From a virus (Duplodnaviria > Heunggongvirae > Uroviricota > Caudoviricetes), in the IMG/VR virus record IMGVR_UViG_3300013102_000003, positions 6,644-70,643 of that record: a stretch of DNA of 64,000 nt. The stretch is one strand, 5' to 3'. Numbering within the stretch: the first letter of the stretch is position 1; the number at the start of each line of letters is the position of its first letter. The position numbers and the translations under genes are program-made. The notes below the pieces were generated by a model that saw only the letters and a list, made by a program, of their open reading frames with translations, was not told the DNA's origin and searched no databases. Shown here piece after piece: positions 26,071-34,020 of the stretch.

Positions 26071-26142
26071 GCTTCCGTAGCTCAGTGGTAGAGCGCGTTC
26101 TTGGTAAGAACGAGGTCACGGGTTCAATCCCCGTCTGAAGCT
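26071..26142 (+). tRNA. tRNA-Thr (GGT)
   Basis: Perfect stem cgttc/gaacg with loop uuGGTaa, T-arm acggg-ttcaatc-cccgt. The acceptor has one mismatch. Confidence 0.65.
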
Positions 26143-26147
26143 CGGTG

Positions 26148-26251
26148 CTTTCCGTTCCCCATAGTTGGCCTATTGGGTACGTTGATAGGCCTAACCCTAT
26201 AGTGTCAACGCACTGGGGAGGGTCCGTGGGTTCGAATCCCACACGGAAGGC
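26148..26251 (+). ncRNA. Atypical 104-nt tRNA-like RNA with 8-bp acceptor stem, 6-bp internal stem and no canonical 7-nt anticodon loop
   Basis: ctttccgt (26148-26155) pairs 8/8 with acggaagg (26243-26250), which follows the T-arm gtggg-ttcgaat-cccac. D-like stem tcccca/tgggta. Internal 6-bp stem cgttga/tcaacg encloses 19 nt. Confidence 0.35.
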
Positions 26252-26260
26252 ATTCCACTT

Positions 26261-26331
26261 GCGGGTATGGATGAAAGGCAAGTCGTTTGGTTGCAACCCA
26301 AAAGATCTCGGTTCGATTCCGGGTTCCCGCT
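26261..26331 (+). tRNA. tRNA-Cys (GCA)
   Basis: Perfect stem tttgg/ccaaa with loop uuGCAac, T-arm ctcgg-ttcgatt-ccggg. The acceptor has one mismatch. Confidence 0.55.
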
Positions 26332-26878
26332 CCACTTAATCGCACGACCCTACGAAAGGACTGTCATGACAATCGCCACGCTACCAGTAAGAGTGTTCAA
26401 CGCCTCCTACGAAGACCTAGGACCCACCACACTGGATCGCGCCATTGCGCTTGTCGAAGTTCAGGGACGTGCGGAAATCATCATGGTTGATGAGAACACC
26501 ACCATCCGAACAATGGGTGGCCGTGAGTTCTTCCTGCCGAAGATCATTCGCCTGCTCACGATGCGCAAGGTATCCTTCCACTTCGCTCCGGAGACGTGGT
26601 CCAAGCACGGTGTCATCAAGCGTGACAACGCCACCTGTGCGTACTGTGGGAAGCATGGAGACACGGTGGACCACATCCTCGCCAAGGACTTGGGAGGAAG
26701 GGACGAGTGGATGAACACCGTAGCAGCCTGTGTCAAGTGTAACGGCCAGAAGTCCAACCTGACAATGGAGGAATGGGGTAAGCCTGTCCTCTTCGACATG
26801 TCTGAGGACCGTATGATCCCTCGCAAGATGTACTTCAGAGGCGAAAACCCTAGGCGCAAGCGCAAGAAGGACCGATAG
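26267..26878 (+). CDS. HNH endonuclease
   Basis: CAYCGKHGDTVDHILAKDLGGRDEWMNTVAACVKCNGQK HNH/zinc motif. The annotated start overlaps tRNA-Cys, so the true start is probably a downstream ATG (for example the M in …RTVMTIATLP). Confidence 0.6.
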   Translation: MDERQVVWLQPKRSRFDSGFPLHLIARPYERTVMTIATLPVRVFNASYEDLGPTTLDRAIALVEVQGRAEIIMVDENTTIRTMGGREFFLPKIIRLLTMRKVSFHFAPETWSKHGVIKRDNATCAYCGKHGDTVDHILAKDLGGRDEWMNTVAACVKCNGQKSNLTMEEWGKPVLFDMSEDRMIPRKMYFRGENPRRKRKKDR

Positions 26879-26882
26879 AAGC

Positions 26883-26910
26883 AGCCCTCATCTCCGGATG
26901 GGGGCTATTT
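26883..26910 (+). terminator. Terminator hairpin
   Basis: agccctcatc-tccg-gatgggggct followed by attt. Confidence 0.5.
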
Positions 26911-26971
26911 CTATGCCTAAACAGCAACAAGAGATACACTATTGCTGTTTGACCTGTAAAAGAGCAATAAG

Positions 26972-26995
26972 AAAGGCCCTCCGAAGAGGGCCTTT
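26972..26995. terminator. Bidirectional terminator between convergent genes
   Basis: aaaggccctc-cgaa-gagggccttt, symmetric, flanked by A-runs and T-runs. Confidence 0.6.
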
Positions 26996-27005
26996 CGTAT
27001 ATACT

Positions 27006-28403
27006 CTATAGAACTGTGAAGCTTTGGAGATCGAAGCCGATCTCGCTGTCAATGACGAATGCCATCAAGCCGGGATCAGAGTCCGAACCGGACTTGTTGG
27101 CCCACCAGTCGGAGCCGTTGTCGAGCGTCGGAGTGGCGATCCAGTACTTCTGCTTGCCGGTCTTGCGGGAACGGCCTGAAGGCTTGAGTCCCAGCGTGTG
27201 GTAGTGGGCAGTGATGAGAATGTCAGCGTCAGCAATCGGGCTGTTTCCGTGAACCTGCTTGGCCCACCAGTTCTCCATCTGCGCGAGAGACGAGTCCTCA
27301 CCATGTACAAGGCCGATGTCGAGGCCCTGAACGGGGATTGAGAGGCTTTTCTCCCAGTCTCCGGGATAGACGAACTCCACGTGGCCGAAAGCCTGTGGAG
27401 CGAGCTTGTACGCCTTCTGGATCTGCTTCAAGAGGAACAGGCCCCAGTCATCTGACGGACGGCCCAGAATGTCCTTGCCCTTGCGCCATGCAGCGTGATT
27501 GGACGGGACGCCACCGACAATAACCCTGTCGTGGGTCTCAGCCAGAAGCGTGATGAACTCCTGCTCCAGCGTACCGGCTAGGTCAAGCTGCTGCATGATG
27601 GACAGATCGTTGGTGAATCCCTGCTGGGCCACGTTCTCAAAGCTCTCGACAACGTCCCCACCGTCAAGGAATACGGCCTCAGAGCAGTTCTGATCTGCAA
27701 TGTAGTAGGCCAGCTTCTCTTTCTTCTCCATGACACGCTCCATGAGGTCATTGGAGTCTCCACGGGAACCTACTTTGCCTGCCTGAAGGTCAGAAAACGG
27801 GACGACGAGCGTCCGATTTGACTTCTTCTCGGGGATGGCGCTAAAGTAGTAATTGTTCGCGGCCCGGAGATTGGCCGATGCCTTTACCTCAGCGAAGAGG
27901 GTAGGGAGGTCTACGGTCTCGCCGGAGGTCTTCTTCTGGATTTCGAACTTGTAGGAAGTGAGCCATTCTCCGGACATGGACTGCCACTTGGAGATTTTGA
28001 CAGAGCCAACGACTTCAAATTCGTCTGGATCTACGTTGAACTCTTCGAGGATTGCGGAGAAGTCTGAGAGCTTGCCGTCAGTCTGTGGAGTGGAGGTTAC
28101 CGATCCGGTGTCCCCATCGAGTTCAAGCTTTGCTTCCCAGCCCTTGGGCGGTGTAGCAGGAGGCTTGACAACACCGACGAGCGGCTGTACAGTAGTATCA
28201 GGACCGGGAACGGTGATGAGAGCGTGCTTTCGAAGGTGGTTTGAGACGGCATCGGCAGAGATCGGGAATGCGGGGTACACGCTGCTAGCGATATACTCGT
28301 AGGTATCTCCCGCGTTGAACATGTCGAGAATCCGCTGTTGGATCTCGGGGTCCGCGTTGCACGTGCGGCACTGTTGGGAATATCCTGTGGGGTTAGTTGT
28401 CAT
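27006..28403 (-). CDS. Calcineurin-like metallophosphoesterase with N-terminal Cys/HTH-like domain
   Basis: 465 aa on the - strand. The GD(VVE), SNHA, VHGED and AHYHT motifs are arranged as in metallophosphatases. The N-terminal about 60 aa carry CRTC. Confidence 0.55.
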   Translation of the reverse strand: MTTNPTGYSQQCRTCNADPEIQQRILDMFNAGDTYEYIASSVYPAFPISADAVSNHLRKHALITVPGPDTTVQPLVGVVKPPATPPKGWEAKLELDGDTGSVTSTPQTDGKLSDFSAILEEFNVDPDEFEVVGSVKISKWQSMSGEWLTSYKFEIQKKTSGETVDLPTLFAEVKASANLRAANNYYFSAIPEKKSNRTLVVPFSDLQAGKVGSRGDSNDLMERVMEKKEKLAYYIADQNCSEAVFLDGGDVVESFENVAQQGFTNDLSIMQQLDLAGTLEQEFITLLAETHDRVIVGGVPSNHAAWRKGKDILGRPSDDWGLFLLKQIQKAYKLAPQAFGHVEFVYPGDWEKSLSIPVQGLDIGLVHGEDSSLAQMENWWAKQVHGNSPIADADILITAHYHTLGLKPSGRSRKTGKQKYWIATPTLDNGSDWWANKSGSDSDPGLMAFVIDSEIGFDLQSFTVL

Positions 28404-28466
28404 GTACCTATTTTACCACACCGCGCCCATTTTGCGAAAAGCCACGAAAAATGGTATACTAGTTGG

Positions 28467-28844
28467 ATGACAAACACAACCCCTGAAACAGAAGTTTCTA
28501 ACGACCCCGTCAACCACCCGAAGCACTACACGGAACATCCTTCCGGCATCGAAGCGATTCAAATCACTGAGCACATGGGCTTCAACCTCGGGAACGCCAC
28601 CAAGTACATTTGGCGCTGCGACCTGAAGAAGGACGCCATCGAAGACCTGAAAAAGGCCCGCTGGTACATCGACCGCGAAATCGCCAAGCGCGAAGCAGAA
28701 GCCAAGAAGGCATCTGAAGCAAAGTTCACTGCCGGTCTGTGGGCACGAGACATCAAGTCGGGAACCATCACAGGCGCAAAGCTGGATGAGGATGCCATCC
28801 GCAAGGCTGCGATTGATGCTGTTCGGTTCGAGGTACAGCGCTAA
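28467..28844 (+). CDS. DUF3310-family phage protein
   Basis: NHPKHYTEHPSGIEAIQI…GNATKYIWR signature. The start is reassigned to ATG 28467, downstream of the tggtatact promoter. Confidence 0.5.
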   Translation: MTNTTPETEVSNDPVNHPKHYTEHPSGIEAIQITEHMGFNLGNATKYIWRCDLKKDAIEDLKKARWYIDREIAKREAEAKKASEAKFTAGLWARDIKSGTITGAKLDEDAIRKAAIDAVRFEVQR

Positions 28845-29035
28845 TGCTTGGAGCGTACCAGAAATACGAAGTATCTGTCAAGTTCACCTACGAGTCCGAA
28901 GTCTTCCCTGAAGATCCGGATGACGTATTCGAGCTTGCCGCGCTGGAAAAGCTTGCGGTTCTTACTGATCTAAACGTAGCATTCCCCGAACTAGATGTCA
29001 AGGAACTCGAAATCGTTCCTGTTATTGGAGACTAA
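28844..29035 (+). CDS. Hypothetical protein (63 aa, acidic)
   Basis: ATGA-type start overlap on both sides. Confidence 0.4.
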   Translation: MLGAYQKYEVSVKFTYESEVFPEDPDDVFELAALEKLAVLTDLNVAFPELDVKELEIVPVIGD

Positions 29036-30093
29036 TGAAAGTACTAGCCCTCGCGGCTGACTCTGGCGGGTGCGGATTCTACAGAGTCCGCGCTCCCGCT
29101 GAAGAGTTGACACGGCTGGGTGTCGATGTTACCGTTTCTGACGGAATCGACGCTCAAGCCTATAAAGATTCAGACGGAATTGTCACGGTGGCCGAGGTCA
29201 ACACAGACGCAGACCTGATTGTATTCCAGCGTCCGCTGGACAACGCCATGACAGCCGTCATCAAGCAGGCGCAGCGTCAGGGGATCGCCACCGTTGTTGA
29301 ACTCGATGACGATTTCTCCAGTGTCCACCAGAAAAACATTGCCCATGACATCATCAAGGGCGACAAAGCCACCGGAAACCACTGGCTCACTGAAGCGGCC
29401 AACATTGCTGACCTTGTTACAGTATCTACGCCACAGCTATCCAAGTATGCACGTCACGGACGGTTCGAAATCCTGAGGAACTGTGTCCCGAACTCCATCT
29501 TCACCACTCCGGTCCACAAGTCGGAGCAGCAATGGCCTAGGGTTGGATGGACTGGTACGGTACAGACCCACCCCAATGACCTACAGGAGACGAAGAAGGC
29601 GCTGGGCACCGTCCTGAAGGACAATGACCTGCCCTTCAACGTCATTGGTGACGGCAAATACGTGGCCGCACACCTAGGACTGCACAAAGACACGGAAGTC
29701 TACGCCACCGGCTGGGTTGATCTGAGCCTCTACTACCAGTTCATTGCACGGTATCTGGACATTGGCATCGTTCCGTTGGAACTGTCCCCGTTCAATCAGG
29801 CGAAGTCTGCCCTGAAGGGTCTGGAATATGCAGCACTGGGCATCCCGTTCGTGGCTTCCCCGACAAGGGAATATGAGCGTCTGGAAGCCTACGGCATCGG
29901 AAAGACGGCCAAGACTCCCGGAGAATGGCGCAAGCACCTCCAGCGAATGATCGACCGTCCGGAAGAAACCGAACGTATCGCCCGTGAGGCCCGTGATAGA
30001 ATTGAAGCAGAGTTTACGTATCGTGTAAACGCCCCCAAGTGGATCGACGCTTGGGAGAAAGCTATAGACTATCGAAAGACCCACCATGAATAA
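29035..30093 (+). CDS. Glycosyltransferase (GT-B fold, GT4-like)
   Basis: 352 aa with a C-terminal EYAALGIPFVASP…E motif typical of GT-B retaining glycosyltransferases. Confidence 0.55.
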   Translation: MKVLALAADSGGCGFYRVRAPAEELTRLGVDVTVSDGIDAQAYKDSDGIVTVAEVNTDADLIVFQRPLDNAMTAVIKQAQRQGIATVVELDDDFSSVHQKNIAHDIIKGDKATGNHWLTEAANIADLVTVSTPQLSKYARHGRFEILRNCVPNSIFTTPVHKSEQQWPRVGWTGTVQTHPNDLQETKKALGTVLKDNDLPFNVIGDGKYVAAHLGLHKDTEVYATGWVDLSLYYQFIARYLDIGIVPLELSPFNQAKSALKGLEYAALGIPFVASPTREYERLEAYGIGKTAKTPGEWRKHLQRMIDRPEETERIAREARDRIEAEFTYRVNAPKWIDAWEKAIDYRKTHHE

Positions 30094-30328
30094 ATCGCAA
30101 CTGATCGAAGAGATCAATAAGCTGCCTGACAACATCGAGTTCCTGTCCTCCAAGGACGACGAAGGGAACGGGTACCGATGGATATCCGGAATCTCAGTGG
30201 ATTACATCCGTAAAGAAGAGTCCGAATCGTGGGAGATTGAAAGTCTACTCTCAGAAGATGACGTTCAGGAAGATTACTCACCGGAGGAAATCGAGCGGGA
30301 TCTCACGAAGGTTGCGGTCATCTGGTAG
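30086..30328 (+). CDS. Acidic hypothetical protein (80 aa)
   Basis: Translationally coupled to the GT gene. Confidence 0.4.
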   Translation: MNKSQLIEEINKLPDNIEFLSSKDDEGNGYRWISGISVDYIRKEESESWEIESLLSEDDVQEDYSPEEIERDLTKVAVIW

Positions 30329-30333
30329 ACAGC

Positions 30334-30402
30334 TTGACACTATGAAGGCTCTCCTGTAGAGTATCGTCCATAAGCAAGACGGTGCACTACAGGAGAGCTT
30401 TT
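30334..30402 (+). promoter_or_regulatory. Promoter (TTGACA-17-TAGAGT) overlapped by a 12-bp inverted repeat separated by 27 nt; candidate operator/terminator
   Basis: ttgaca 30334-30339 and tagagt 30357-30362. The inverted repeat gctctcctgtag (30347-30359) … ctacaggagagc (30387-30398) is followed by tttt. Confidence 0.45.
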
Positions 30403-30515
30403 CAGGTTCAAATGCCGGGCATCGGAATCCACCAATCATAGTGTTGACAAGCTAGCCTCTCTAGACTATAGTTGAGACATAAGCAGTCAACCACTCAAAG
30501 AAAAGGATTAAGATC

Positions 30516-31487
30516 ATGGCACATGAAATTGAGATGAAAAACGGCAAGGGTCAGATGTTCTCCGGAGAGGGAATCACCCCGTGGCACAACCTCGGGACCG
30601 TCATCCCCGGACTGGCCACCTCTGAGGAAGCCCTGAAGCTCGCCGGTCTCGACTGGGAAGTTGAGATGATTCAGGCCACGAAGCTGTGGAACGGTGAGGT
30701 TGTTCCGATCAAGGACCGCTTCTCCACTACCCGCATGACGGACGGCAAGGATCTTGGCATCGTCTCCAAGGACTACCACGTGTACAACAACCTTGAGGCC
30801 TTCCAGTTCCTCAACAAGCTCACGGATACGGCCTCCGGTGACGCGGTATTCACCTCGGCTGGCTCTCTCTTCGGCGGCTCCCGGACCTTCATGGTCCTGA
30901 AGCTCACCAACGGCTTCACCGTAGGCGACAACGACGCCCATGACCTCTACCTCATGGCCACCAACAGCCACGACGGTTCTCAGGCCTTCAGTGTCACGGT
31001 CACCCCGATCCGCGCCGTCTGCAACAACACGGTCACCATGGGTCTCGCGGCAGCAAAGGCCAAGTGGAGCATCCGTCACAAGATCTCCCTTGAGCAGCAG
31101 ACCCAGAAGGCCCGTGACATCCTCGAACTCGGATTCAGCTACGAGGATGCCTTCCAGAAGGAAGTCGAGAAGCTGATGGCCATTCCGGTCTCCAAGGACC
31201 AGATGTACGCAGTGGCCGACAAGATCGTCCCGGCCTCCACTGTCCAGCACGCCCTCACGGTCGATGAGATCATGAACATCTGGGAGTTCGAAGACACCTG
31301 CAAGATGGGCGGCGGCGAAGACAACGCATGGGGCGCATTCAACGCCATGACGTTCTTCATCGATCACAAGGAATACAAGACTCCCGAATCCAAGTTCAAC
31401 TCCGTCATCGGAACCGGAACGGGTCAGGGTTTCGGGGAAGCACTTCGCCCCAAGGCCCACAAAGCACTTCTCGCACTTGCAAAGTAA
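30516..31487 (+). CDS. DUF932-family protein
   Basis: N-terminus MAHEIEMKNG…GITPWHNLG is typical of the DUF932 (phage/plasmid) family. RBS aaaaggattaag. Confidence 0.55.
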   Translation: MAHEIEMKNGKGQMFSGEGITPWHNLGTVIPGLATSEEALKLAGLDWEVEMIQATKLWNGEVVPIKDRFSTTRMTDGKDLGIVSKDYHVYNNLEAFQFLNKLTDTASGDAVFTSAGSLFGGSRTFMVLKLTNGFTVGDNDAHDLYLMATNSHDGSQAFSVTVTPIRAVCNNTVTMGLAAAKAKWSIRHKISLEQQTQKARDILELGFSYEDAFQKEVEKLMAIPVSKDQMYAVADKIVPASTVQHALTVDEIMNIWEFEDTCKMGGGEDNAWGAFNAMTFFIDHKEYKTPESKFNSVIGTGTGQGFGEALRPKAHKALLALAK

Positions 31488-31577
31488 GTGAGAGGATGGT
31501 AGGCTAGTCTCAACGGAGGCTAGCCTACCGAAAGATTTACCAAGACAAATGACAGAACGACGAAGGGTATTTATTAC

Positions 31578-32480
31578 ATGGCATGGTTGATTATCGCGGC
31601 AATTGTTATCGCCGCAAGCTGGGTAGCAGCACGGATTACAACGCACCTGTTCATCGGTGTTATCGGAACGATTGTCGGCATTGGTTTGCTGTTCTTCTCG
31701 TCCGTATACACACAGGACGTCGGAGAGGCACTGGTCATCAAGAACTCCGATGGCACGGTAGCAAGCGTTGACATGGAAGCCGGATTGGGCTTCAAGGCCC
31801 CGTGGCAGGACACCATCTCTTGGGACATCACCGGTCAGCAGATCGTGTACAAGGGCAACGGACAGGCAACCCAGCAGAATGAAGTCGTAGACGGCCCGGA
31901 GATCACGGTCTCCGGCAGCGACAAGCTCTCGTCCAACGTTGACGCGGCAGTCCGGTACTCGCTGGACGCACGGAAGATCGAAGAGATCTACACGGCCTAC
32001 AAGACTCAGGAAAACTTTGAGAACCGGGTCATCAGCAAGGACAGCCAGACGGTCATCCGAGATTCAGCCAACAAGTTCCTCACCGAAGACCTTCCGGTCA
32101 AGCGTGCTGACTACTCCAAGGCCATCGAAGACAACCTCCGGGCACGCTGGGAACCGCTGGGCATCAAGGTAGACTCGATTGCTCTCCAGAACATCCGCAT
32201 CCCTGCATCTGTTCAGGACAAGTTCACCAAGACTCAGGAAGCCAACGCTCAGATCATTGCTGAACAGGCTCAGACGAAGGTCATTGAAGAACAGGCCAAG
32301 CAGAAGGTCATCGAGGCCAAGGGCGAAGCCGATGCCAACCGCATCAAGAGCGATTCCCTCACTGACAAGATCCTTCAGAACAACTACATCGACGCTCTGA
32401 AGAACTCGAAGTACCTGATCGCTGGCGGCGGAAACGGTTCGGGCACCATGCTCCAGCTTCCTGCCCCTGACGGCAAGTAA
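31578..32480 (+). CDS. SPFH/band-7 (prohibitin-like) membrane protein
   Basis: N-terminal TM helix, an SPFH core (…KAPWQDTISWDITGQ…), and an Ala/Gln-rich coiled-coil C-terminus. Confidence 0.6.
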   Translation: MAWLIIAAIVIAASWVAARITTHLFIGVIGTIVGIGLLFFSSVYTQDVGEALVIKNSDGTVASVDMEAGLGFKAPWQDTISWDITGQQIVYKGNGQATQQNEVVDGPEITVSGSDKLSSNVDAAVRYSLDARKIEEIYTAYKTQENFENRVISKDSQTVIRDSANKFLTEDLPVKRADYSKAIEDNLRARWEPLGIKVDSIALQNIRIPASVQDKFTKTQEANAQIIAEQAQTKVIEEQAKQKVIEAKGEADANRIKSDSLTDKILQNNYIDALKNSKYLIAGGGNGSGTMLQLPAPDGK

Positions 32481-32503
32481 CTTGCAAAACTAAGTGAATA
32501 ATG

Positions 32504-32543
32504 GTAGGATGGTTCTAGAAATAGAACCATCCTACTGTTGTTT
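32504..32543 (+). terminator. Rho-independent terminator (perfect 14-bp stem)
   Basis: gtaggatggttcta-gaaa-tagaaccatcctac followed by tgttgttt. Confidence 0.7.
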
Positions 32544-32556
32544 AAGGAACAAATAC

Positions 32557-33666
32557 ATGCCATGGAGCGCCGACGAAAACCGTGATTGGGTACTCTCCCA
32601 CGTTACCAAGGCCGACAGGGTGCTGGATGTAGGGGCAGGAGCCGGAATATGGTCAGACCTCCTACGATCCCGCGTTGAGACTATCTCCGCTGTGGAGATT
32701 TTCGAACCCTACATCGAGCGCTTCGGCCTCAAGGGCAAGTACGACAGCATCTATCTCGGTGACTTCAGGGAACTGGTGATCCCGTACGGACACTTCACCA
32801 CAGTGATCCTTGGGGACGTTCTGGAACACTTTGAGATGGAAGACGCGCTCAAGGTCTGGGTGAAGGCACGTCTGATTGCCGGTCCCACCGGACAAGTCCT
32901 GCTCTCCACCCCGATTGTGGACTGGCCACAGGGAGAGGAAGAAGGAAACATCCACGAGGCACACCTCTCCTTCTTCGACTACGAGGCCCTGTGTGCCCTC
33001 TCAGGCGTCGAGGAAGGCGTGGAGGGGCAACTTATCGGGTCGGTCCGTGCGAGGGGCGCAGCGGCCCCCACAGCGCCTGTCACAGTGGTTATTCCGACCA
33101 TTGCCACACGCCAAGAACAACTCAACCGGGCTGTGGCCAGTGTTTACACCCAGACACTCCGTCCTCAGGCCTTGATTATCTCCGAAGACACTGCTAGACT
33201 AGGCGCACCGGGCAACCGTGATGCAGGACTAGCAAGGGTTTCCACGGAGTGGGTCGCCATGCTGGACGATGACGACTACTTCTACCCTGACCACTTGGAA
33301 ACTCTCTACACGGCAGCGGTTGACACAGGCGCAGACATCGTGTATTCTTGGTTCGACGTTGAAGGCGGGGAAGATCCATTCCCCGAAAACTTCGGCAAGC
33401 CATGGAACCCGGACAAGCCTGTCCAGACGACCGTCACCATCCTTGCCAAGGCTGATGTCATCCGTCAGGCAGGAGGATATTCCGTCAAGGAAGGTATGAC
33501 TGAGGAAGATCTTAGCGAGTTCGCTCAAGGCAACACTGCCGGTGAAGACTTCCGGATGATCTACACTGCCAACAAGCAGGGAGCCAAGATCGTCCACGTG
33601 GCAAAGAAAACTTGGGCATACTGCCATTGGGTAGGGAACACGTCAGGTCGCCCGGACCGTTGGTAA
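32557..33666 (+). CDS. Fusion protein: class I SAM-methyltransferase + GT2 glycosyltransferase
   Basis: N-terminal VLDVGAGAGIW (MTase motif I). C-terminal VTVVIPTIATR…DDDD (GT-A DxD). The start is reassigned to ATG 32557 because the track start lies inside the terminator. Confidence 0.55.
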   Translation: MPWSADENRDWVLSHVTKADRVLDVGAGAGIWSDLLRSRVETISAVEIFEPYIERFGLKGKYDSIYLGDFRELVIPYGHFTTVILGDVLEHFEMEDALKVWVKARLIAGPTGQVLLSTPIVDWPQGEEEGNIHEAHLSFFDYEALCALSGVEEGVEGQLIGSVRARGAAAPTAPVTVVIPTIATRQEQLNRAVASVYTQTLRPQALIISEDTARLGAPGNRDAGLARVSTEWVAMLDDDDYFYPDHLETLYTAAVDTGADIVYSWFDVEGGEDPFPENFGKPWNPDKPVQTTVTILAKADVIRQAGGYSVKEGMTEEDLSEFAQGNTAGEDFRMIYTANKQGAKIVHVAKKTWAYCHWVGNTSGRPDRW

Positions 33667-33719
33667 GTTACTCTATGGTAAACTGGTAATGGAGGCCCCT
33701 GACTACAGGGGAATAATCA

Positions 33720-34000
33720 TGACTAAAAAGCCAGATTACGAACTAGAGTACGTCTACACCAAAAGCCGATTCAAGAAAACCCTGTGGTGGTGCCTAGGAA
33801 TTTACATTGTCCTAAGGATTCTTCGCGCCATTCTGTACCTGACCATTGGAATCGCATTCCTTAGCTCAATCCCTGCTGCATTCATTTTCTTCTTCACTGG
33901 ATTCATCTGGGGGATTGCTGCGCTAGCCATCTACCGCTACCGCAAGTCTGTCCGCGTTGTTGATATAGAGCGCGAGAAGGACAGACTACTCAACAAATAA
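33720..34000 (+). CDS. Small membrane protein (2 TM)
   Basis: RBS agggga then ATG 33720. Two long hydrophobic helices. Confidence 0.45.
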
Positions 34001-34020
34001 CATATCAAAAGAAAGACGAA

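Noticed and set aside
30495-31646. 383-aa antisense ORF opposite the DUF932 gene
   Set aside because: Low-complexity, GC-skewed frame with no RBS. The sense gene has a recognisable family N-terminus, its own promoter and an RBS.
32494-32556. N-terminal 21 codons of track ORF 32494..33666
   Set aside because: They coincide with a perfect 14-bp terminator hairpin. ATG 32557 with an aagga RBS was used instead.
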